Shown piece by piece: positions 58,535 through 64,000 of a DNA stretch of 64,000 nucleotides (its first letter is position 1; every line of letters begins with the position of its first letter). Under the pieces are notes generated by a model. It ran no database searches and was not told where the DNA came from. It saw only the letters and a list, made by a program, of their open reading frames with translations. Origin of the DNA: a virus; IMG/VR virus record IMGVR_UViG_3300023196_002944, positions 8,655 through 72,654 of that record; one strand, 5' to 3'. A program made the translations under genes and the position numbers.

Positions 58535-58585
58535 TACGCCCACGAGATATCATCCGGCCCCGCCCGGCCGCAGGCCGGGCGGGGC
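58535..58585 (-). promoter_or_regulatory. Conserved hairpin element copy A (upstream of the DNA polymerase)
   Basis: Plus strand tacgcccacgagatatcatccg + gccccgcccggcc-gca-ggccgggcggggc (perfect 13-bp stem). Confidence 0.7.
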
Positions 58586-58637
58586 ATAACTATAGACTGT
58601 GTCGTCCTCTAGCCCCATGCAGTGAGCCCCCCGACAC

Positions 58638-58692
58638 AAAAAAAGCCCGATCCCGCCACCTTGTTGCGAACATGGCAGCGTTGGGATCGGGT
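58638..58692 (-). terminator. Intrinsic terminator after 58708..58941
   Basis: cccgatccc...gggatcggg outer stem with A7 on the plus-strand 5' side (U-tract on the minus strand). Confidence 0.7.
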
Positions 58693-58707
58693 GGGGCCAA
58701 ATTGGGG

Positions 58708-58941
58708 TCAGCGAAGGTAACTGATTAGAACAGACTCTTCAATCTGGAGACGGCAGATGTCGAGGTAGACGACAGACATGCGCTCTTTAACGACGGTAAC
58801 TTCGTTGTGATCTTTACCATAAGCAGCGATGTTCATAGCCTTTTCACATTCTAGAAGTTCGAATTCACCCAGCTTGGTGAGTAGTTGTGTGCGTACTTGG
58901 GCCAGTTCTTCCGATGTGGTTGTGATGGGGTCAGGGGACAT
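58708..58941 (-). CDS. Hypothetical protein
   Basis: 77 aa, RBS gaggt. Confidence 0.6.
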   Translation of the reverse strand: MSPDPITTTSEELAQVRTQLLTKLGEFELLECEKAMNIAAYGKDHNEVTVVKERMSVVYLDICRLQIEESVLISYLR

Positions 58942-58950
58942 GATTACCTC

Positions 58951-59160
58951 TTAGAGCCGAATGCACTTCAGCTTGATGGTAACTTCGCGGCTGACGGTTA
59001 CGGCAGTGAAGTCGTCAGTCCAGATGAGCCGACCTTGCCCATTGGCAAGCAGCCAGCGTGATATCTCAGTGTGCGTTGCCGCCAAAGAGATGAATATCCC
59101 AGTGCCACCGTGAACGCGGGGGTTGTGGGATGTGATGATCAGTTCGATGGCAGGTGTCAT
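58951..59160 (-). CDS. Hypothetical protein
   Basis: 69 aa, RBS ggag, ATGA coupling. Confidence 0.55.
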   Translation of the reverse strand: MTPAIELIITSHNPRVHGGTGIFISLAATHTEISRWLLANGQGRLIWTDDFTAVTVSREVTIKLKCIRL

Positions 59161-59366
59161 GCTTTTATCTCCCCAACTCGGCGCGGTTGTTCTCCACGCT
59201 CGTGTCGAATGATTACAACTTTGACGCAGTGAGGTTGAGTCACCAGTGTGAAAGCAGCCGTGGATGCTGCACCTACTAGTGATGGATGCTGCGTGAGGTA
59301 GGTGACTTGTGTGCCATCAGCCATGTATTCACGTAAGCGCCAATGAATCTTCGCTTTAAGTGCCAT
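59157..59366 (-). CDS. Hypothetical protein
   Basis: Start MALKAKIHW with RBS ggagg. Confidence 0.55.
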   Translation of the reverse strand: MALKAKIHWRLREYMADGTQVTYLTQHPSLVGAASTAAFTLVTQPHCVKVVIIRHERGEQPRRVGEIKA

Positions 59367-59569
59367 TGAAGCCTCCAAGGGAGCAAGGTGCCTCGTCACA
59401 TCGTCCCCCTGTCTCGGAGTACGACGTTGAAGAATGCAAGGAAACAAAGGGTTGTGGGGTAAGTAAGCAGTCACTAACCAAACTAGGCAACGCCGTACTG
59501 GGCGACTGAGCCAAAGACAGCCCAATCAAACACTGAAACCCTCATCCCCATGCAGTGACCCAGGGGCGT

Positions 59570-59607
59570 AAAAAAGGGGAGGATGGACCGTTAGGTCCAT
59601 CCTCCCC
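59570..59607 (-). terminator. Strong intrinsic terminator after 59624..60064
   Basis: ggggaggatggacc-gtta-ggtccatcctcccc (14-bp stem) with A6 on the plus-strand 5' side. Confidence 0.85.
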
Positions 59608-59623
59608 GGTGCCCGAGCGAAAG

Positions 59624-60064
59624 CTACTTGCTTACGCCGACCTCGGCCTCGCGGCGTGGGTTGATGTAGGCACCGCGCATGAGGCGGAGGTTGATCACCT
59701 GAAGGTCGTTGATCTTGCCCTCACGCTTGGCACGCTGGCTGGTGCCGGTGTTGTCCCACCCGTTGAACGAGTAGGTCTCGTGCCGGCGATAGCCCTCGAC
59801 GTTGGCGCTGAACTTCAGCGACAACGTGTGGTCGATGTCCTTGTCGCCTTCGTAGGCGACGAGGGCACCTTCGGCCACGATGGCACCATCGGGGGTGGAC
59901 ACGATCACGGTGGCGTCGTCGTAGTACCACGCACGCAGTTCCTCGTCGTTGGACTGCATCGAACGCATCGGCCCGGTGGCCACTGTGCCCGCTGCGAGGT
60001 CATCGCGGTGGAAGAGGGCGATTGAACCAGAGTTGTCGTAAACGGTGGGTGTGGACTCGCTCAT
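59624..60064 (-). CDS. First gene of the leftward block; hypothetical beta-rich protein (possibly nucleic-acid binding)
   Basis: 146 aa, RBS ggag, GC3-rich codons, own terminator; YDNSGSIALF N-terminus. Confidence 0.7.
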   Translation of the reverse strand: MSESTPTVYDNSGSIALFHRDDLAAGTVATGPMRSMQSNDEELRAWYYDDATVIVSTPDGAIVAEGALVAYEGDKDIDHTLSLKFSANVEGYRRHETYSFNGWDNTGTSQRAKREGKINDLQVINLRLMRGAYINPRREAEVGVSK

Positions 60065-60110
60065 GAGTGTATCTCCATAGAGTGGTCAATGGCGTAGACG
60101 GCCAACCCGC

Positions 60111-60161
60111 TACGCTCACGACACCTCATCCGGCCTCCCGCGACCGCAGGGCGCGGGAGGC
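60111..60161 (-). promoter_or_regulatory. Conserved hairpin element copy B (upstream of the first leftward gene)
   Basis: Plus strand tacgctcacgacacctcatccg + gcctcccgcgacc-gca-gggcgcgggaggc (12 of 13 bp paired). Confidence 0.7.
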
Positions 60162-60318
60162 AGGGACTAGGACACTGGGCAGTGCCTCTCTACGGTAGCT
60201 CGGTGATCGAAGGCAGGGGGGTAGGGGGGTACCCCCGCGCGTGAGGATGGAATCTTTAGGGAGGTATGGTACCCAGAAATATGCCGCCCTCCTTTTTGAA
60301 TCTCCTATAGAGAAACCA

Positions 60319-60347
60319 TTGACAGGCTCTGTCTCCCAGTCCATAAT
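60319..60347 (+). promoter_or_regulatory. sigma70-type promoter for the rightward block
   Basis: TTGACA (60319-60324), 17-nt spacer, CATAAT (60342-60347). Confidence 0.8.
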
Positions 60348-60524
60348 CTCTCTATGGTTACTTCCGCCGCTTCCCAGTCTCCCTGTCTCCACGCGCCTCG
60401 TCTCCACGTCCAGCGTTTCACCGTTCCGATGCATCCATGCCGGCGTAAATCCGACGTGCCTGCGCCCAAAATTTTCCGGGTATTTTCAAACCCATGAGCA
60501 TCCACGTAAATTGAGGATTAAAAG

Positions 60525-60947
60525 ATGAGCGATACCAAACCCGACCCCGACCCTGACATGGTTCAGGAAGGCCACATGCCTCCGGTAGAAATCGTCGACG
60601 CGGCCATCATGCTGGCGGCGTACTTCAAGGAGAAGGATGTTGAGCATTGGCGGCTCTGCGGGTGCCGGTCAGACAACGACGACAGCACGGACCCGAGCCT
60701 AGAACGCGCCGTGCAGGTGGTAAGGAACTACCTCGCGGAGAATGAAGACGAGGATGAAGAGTTCTACCGGAAGTTGGGTGTCGTCAGCAGTGAGATGCAC
60801 GACAGCTACAAGGAATGGATGGAAAAAGCCTTCGGTGAGCAGCGTTTTGACAACGATATCCTGCGGCTCAGGATCAACAAGTCAGCCGCTGCGGCGGCGC
60901 TGGACGTGTTCGACAAGCTGCGGGCCAAAGATGCGGCGGGACGATGA
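60525..60947 (+). CDS. Hypothetical protein (shares an N-terminal domain with 61726..62100)
   Basis: RBS gagga; PPVEIVDAAIMLAAYFKEKDVEHWRLCGCRS. Confidence 0.7.
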   Translation: MSDTKPDPDPDMVQEGHMPPVEIVDAAIMLAAYFKEKDVEHWRLCGCRSDNDDSTDPSLERAVQVVRNYLAENEDEDEEFYRKLGVVSSEMHDSYKEWMEKAFGEQRFDNDILRLRINKSAAAAALDVFDKLRAKDAAGR

Positions 60948-61210
60948 ACAGACGTGATTTTCTACGCAGTGGAGCCGCAGCGGCCGTCGTCGCCATGGTT
61001 CCCAGTGCCGTGATCGCCGCCTTGGCTCCCAGTACTGAGGTCGTCGCTACGACGCCGCTGATCACGTCACTGCTGGATTACGTCGAGGGCTGGGTCACCT
61101 GCTCTTCGCGTCCCGGCCAGATCGGGCAATACACACAGATTGGGCACATCATGCGGGTGGTCTGGCCTGACGGCACGATCACTACAAAAGATGCGAGGGA
61201 TTATCACTGA
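60944..61210 (+). CDS. Small protein with a twin-arginine (Tat-like) signal
   Basis: MNRRDFLRSGAAAAVVAMVPSAVIAA. Confidence 0.65.
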   Translation: MNRRDFLRSGAAAAVVAMVPSAVIAALAPSTEVVATTPLITSLLDYVEGWVTCSSRPGQIGQYTQIGHIMRVVWPDGTITTKDARDYH

Positions 61211-61356
61211 TGCAGACGCAAGAATCATTGGCGACCCAGTACCTGAAGATTCACAGGCTCTGTGGCAAGAATGCCAAAATCATGCCGGAATTGAAGAAGT
61301 TTCGGGACCGACTCAGAAAGCGGCTGCGCCGCAGAGAAAGAAATGCGCTGCGGTAG
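61210..61356 (+). CDS. 48-aa Arg-rich peptide (not in the ORF track)
   Basis: TGATG coupling; MQTQESLATQYLKIHRLCGKNAKIMPELKKFRDRLRKRLRRRERNALR*. Confidence 0.5.
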   Translation: MQTQESLATQYLKIHRLCGKNAKIMPELKKFRDRLRKRLRRRERNALR

Positions 61357-61474
61357 CCCAGTAACACACAGCACGAGCGTGCTTCGACATGGGTTTTGTC
61401 AGGATTGTACAAACATCGCACTCAGCACCTTTGCCGCCGTGATCCCCATGGGGAAACCGGTATGGAGACCTAAA

Positions 61475-61726
61475 ATGAAAACCGAAGAATTCACTTATCA
61501 CGAAGTAACTATTGAATCCGAGCATTATCGGGCCGCACGGAGACGCACGTCCCGAGGCCACTGCTCCATCATGGTGTTCTGCAAAGATGACCACGTGAAG
61601 ATGTTCTCTGCGACCAGTGAGGGCACCGATCCGTCATCGGACTACGAGGTGCGGGCGCGGGAATTTGTGGCCTTGCTGGACAAGATTACGGATAACCCAT
61701 GCAAAATTCCAGTTGGGAAAGCGTGA
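61475..61726 (+). CDS. Hypothetical protein
   Basis: RBS ggag before ATG 61475; the frame is open from 61343. Confidence 0.55.
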   Translation: MKTEEFTYHEVTIESEHYRAARRRTSRGHCSIMVFCKDDHVKMFSATSEGTDPSSDYEVRAREFVALLDKITDNPCKIPVGKA

Positions 61727-62100
61727 TGAACGGGAAAAACTTCCGAATCGGGATCGACAACCCCCCGGCAGAGATCATCGACGCCGCCGTTCTGCTGGAT
61801 ACCTTCTTTAAGGAACTAAATGTTCAGAACTGGCGCGTGGGTGGGTGTGCCTCGCGGGCGGAACTGGAAAGTGTAGAGGCCAAGGCCCAGAAGCAGGCGG
61901 GCGTGCTTCTTCATGTGGAGCCCGCACCGTATATCCGGTTGGAACGCGGCGAAGAGGATGGATTCAGGGTGACGTCGAACCTGTTTACCGAAACACTGGA
62001 TTTCAAGCTGCCGGTGTCGGCGCATGTGACCATCCCGGCGGGCAAACCGGAACGGCCTGCGTTTTACGTACGTGATCACGTCACCAACGCGCCAGTCTGA
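61726..62100 (+). CDS. Hypothetical protein, paralog of 60525..60947
   Basis: PPAEIIDAAVLLDTFFKELNVQNWRVGGCAS; TGATG coupling. Confidence 0.68.
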   Translation: MNGKNFRIGIDNPPAEIIDAAVLLDTFFKELNVQNWRVGGCASRAELESVEAKAQKQAGVLLHVEPAPYIRLERGEEDGFRVTSNLFTETLDFKLPVSAHVTIPAGKPERPAFYVRDHVTNAPV

Positions 62101-62384
62101 TGAAGATTTTATCTATCAGACGGGAATCGATCGATAACATGAGCCGTTCAGACTGCGTGTTTCAGGTCATGATCGATGAGCATAGCGGGTGGCGCTTCAT
62201 ATTCATCGTGCCAATACCGTGGAGCCGGAAGAATCGGTACTTGCTCAGTGATCAACGTCATGTGCCCACGACACTGCACTGGTACTTCGCCCTGTCCCGG
62301 TTTGTCTGGCCGGAATTTGAGAAGAATTTCGTGAAGTGGCGTAGCGTGTGCGGGTTTCAAGCAGAGAAGATCGAAGATGCTTAA
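62100..62384 (+). CDS. Hypothetical protein
   Basis: 94 aa, TGATG coupling. Confidence 0.55.
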   Translation: MKILSIRRESIDNMSRSDCVFQVMIDEHSGWRFIFIVPIPWSRKNRYLLSDQRHVPTTLHWYFALSRFVWPEFEKNFVKWRSVCGFQAEKIEDA

Positions 62385-62646
62385 TCGTCTACAAGTTCAT
62401 GTCAGGCGTCCATGTCCCAAGTGCAAGGGTACTGGGTCGAATGAACTCACACGTGAGCAAGCGCAGCGCGAGGTGGATCGGTACCCGGCCGGCGGGATTG
62501 TGCTGCTCGGTGACGCCCCGGTGATGAACAATGCGCAGCGGGTGGCGCTGGCCATGCAGTGCGTGGACTGCCACGGCAGCAAGTGGCGCGAATTCTGGAC
62601 CGACCTAGACATCCAGATTACAGATCAGGAGAGAGATGATGGCTAG
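62377..62646 (+). CDS. Small DnaJ-type zinc-finger protein
   Basis: CPKCKGTG...CVDCHGS. Confidence 0.62.
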   Translation: MLNRLQVHVRRPCPKCKGTGSNELTREQAQREVDRYPAGGIVLLGDAPVMNNAQRVALAMQCVDCHGSKWREFWTDLDIQITDQERDDG

Positions 62647-62917
62647 ATTCAGAAAACGCCCTGTTGAAATTGAGGCGATTCCGGTTCAGGCGCTGCTGTA
62701 CGCGGCGGCGAATGATTGGGACCAGTTGCCGGGTTGGATAATGGAAGCCTACGAGTTGGGAGAAATCGTGTTCCTCGTAAACAGCATGGTGATTACTACG
62801 CTGGAAGGGGAAATGATTGGCAAATTCGATGACTGGATCATCCGGGGGGTGAAAGGTGAAGTGTACCCCTGCAACGCTGATGTCTTCGCCGCCACATACG
62901 ACATAGTAGGTGCGTAA
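62636..62917 (+). CDS. Conserved phage protein (PGDYG-like)
   Basis: RKRPVEIEA...TLEGEM...DWIIRGVKGEVYPC...F.ATY. Confidence 0.78.
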   Translation: MMARFRKRPVEIEAIPVQALLYAAANDWDQLPGWIMEAYELGEIVFLVNSMVITTLEGEMIGKFDDWIIRGVKGEVYPCNADVFAATYDIVGA

Positions 62918-63210
62918 TGAATGATCTGATGGTACATGGTGCCGAAGCCAAGACCACGGCACGTGACACCCAGATCGGTGATCTGGTACTCGCGGAATGT
63001 GGCTCTCACGGGACATGCACTGTGCGCATGCGCGTGGTCACTACAGACCGACATCCAGCGGAGCCCGCTGTGTTTGTATTCGTCGATCTGACGGATGGAA
63101 AATACCACACATACGGCGGGGCGGAAGTCGTCGGCAACATCCTGAAGCCGGGGCAGCAGGTGACCATGACTGTGCGCAGTATGGGAGAGGTTCATGAGCA
63201 ACATCTTTGA
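62917..63210 (+). CDS. Hypothetical protein
   Basis: 97 aa, TAATG coupling. Confidence 0.55.
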   Translation: MNDLMVHGAEAKTTARDTQIGDLVLAECGSHGTCTVRMRVVTTDRHPAEPAVFVFVDLTDGKYHTYGGAEVVGNILKPGQQVTMTVRSMGEVHEQHL

Positions 63211-63385
63211 TGATATGCGTGCCGCCATGCGCGATGCGCGGACCACATTAGCCGCAGCGGACTCCGTTGCCGAAGAGTTGGGGCGGATGCTGGTTGGCCG
63301 ATTGAATAGATGCAACACATGGACGCTGCGCCGGCTGAAACGGGAACTTCGGAACTTTAATATCACGACAGGAAGGTGGAACTAA
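63194..63385 (+). CDS. Hypothetical protein
   Basis: 63 aa, RBS ggagagg. Confidence 0.6.
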   Translation: MSNIFDDMRAAMRDARTTLAAADSVAEELGRMLVGRLNRCNTWTLRRLKRELRNFNITTGRWN

Positions 63386-63849
63386 TGGATAACCCTTATT
63401 TGTTGGATGCGGCGTACGAGTCGTGCGGCATGTACCCCAAGAGCATTAATGGAGTAGATCGAACCGAGTGGCAGACTGGCTGGAACGACGCCATCATGGC
63501 CATTTGTACGCGGCGGGGGGCGCTGGAGAAGTGGTTCAAAGACCTTGGGCCGATTCACAAGAAGGCCGTGATGGTGCTGCTGAAGGCCGGTGCCCTGCAC
63601 TTCTCGGATCGGGACGGCGTTGGTGAAATGTGGTTGGTCATGAACGACACCTTCGCCTACGCCTGTGCGGACGGTGAGACGGTGCCTGATAAAGACTTGG
63701 AAGAGGTGATGAACGCCTACAACAAGTTCAGCCATCACGGCCTGACGGCGTGGGCGGCACGACGTCGTGGGATTCAGCCGTTGGTGGAACTGCAGAGCGA
63801 TGAGTACCACAAGGCCATGAAGTGGCTGGCACGGTTCGATGAGTTTTAA
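63385..63849 (+). CDS. Hypothetical protein
   Basis: TAATG coupling; MNDTFAYACADGE motif. Confidence 0.62.
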   Translation: MDNPYLLDAAYESCGMYPKSINGVDRTEWQTGWNDAIMAICTRRGALEKWFKDLGPIHKKAVMVLLKAGALHFSDRDGVGEMWLVMNDTFAYACADGETVPDKDLEEVMNAYNKFSHHGLTAWAARRRGIQPLVELQSDEYHKAMKWLARFDEF

Positions 63850-63940
63850 GGATAATGCGCCGCCTCTGCTCCTAGTTATCCTGATCGTCGCTGTTGCGGT
63901 AGGATTGTTTGTCCTAGATCGCATGAGGTGGTGCTTCTGA
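63839..63940 (+). CDS. 33-aa single-TM peptide (not in the ORF track)
   Basis: MSFKDNAPPLLLVILIVAVAVGLFVLDRMRWCF*; TGATG-coupled to a further ORF that starts at 63940 and runs off the window. Confidence 0.5.
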   Translation: MSFKDNAPPLLLVILIVAVAVGLFVLDRMRWCF

Positions 63941-64000
63941 TGACTGATACGAAAGGTGGCGAAGTCGAAGTTGAAGATATCGTCGCGGCGTCAACTCCGC

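Larger units (their letters stand above)
1..64000. mobile_element. Tailed dsDNA bacteriophage genome segment (Caudoviricetes, probably podovirus-like)
   Basis: Portal, scaffold, major capsid, amidase, PolA, primase-helicase and dense small ORFs. No host housekeeping genes and no recognisable sheath or tape-measure gene. Confidence 0.97.

Noticed and set aside
58545-58590. Hammerhead ribozyme or intrinsic terminator reading of the hairpin elements
   Set aside because: The minus strand has CGGAUGA rather than CUGAUGA and no matching GAAA core; there is no U-tract on either side.
60126-60528. ORFs 60126..60434, 60241..60528 and 60305..60505
   Set aside because: They overlap the promoter, palindromes and low-complexity repeats and have no protein-like features; treated as non-coding.
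1-64000. Stop-codon reassignment, Z-genome (purZ) or diversity-generating retroelement
   Set aside because: Genes tile densely under the standard code, and I recognised no PurZ, reverse transcriptase or TR/VR pair in the window.
1-64000. tRNA, rRNA, integrase or att site
   Set aside because: No cloverleaf with a T-loop consensus in the few intergenic gaps, and no recombinase motifs or host-like flanks were seen.

Overview
The window is part of a tailed dsDNA phage genome, probably podovirus-like with a proteobacterial-type host. It has three blocks. (1) + strand 1-36537 is a virion/lysis module: three Thr/Ala/Val-rich repeat proteins, tail-fibre-like genes, an amidase lysis cassette, portal, scaffold, an N4-gp56-type major capsid, adaptor/tail genes and a 3776-aa putative ejection/polyvalent protein (SNase-like, SLOG-like and two HExxH metallopeptidase-like domains). 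(2) - strand 36603-60064 is a replication/early module: family A DNA polymerase, DEDD exonuclease, primase-helicase, a second Prim-Pol, SNF2-like helicase, Cas4-like exonuclease, M28-like peptidase, HAD phosphatase, many small ORFs and an AT-rich iteron/palindrome origin at about 54.05-54.54 kb. (3) + strand 60525-64000 is a run of small genes behind a near-consensus sigma70 promoter. The most striking unexplained signal is a pair of co-varying 13-bp hairpins with a C-GCA-G triloop and a conserved 23-nt flank (58535-58585 and 60111-60161), each directly upstream of a leftward gene and reminiscent of N4-type hairpin promoters. I recognised no terminase, integrase, RNA polymerase, tRNA or CRISPR array. 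All product calls come from motif recognition by eye, not database searches.
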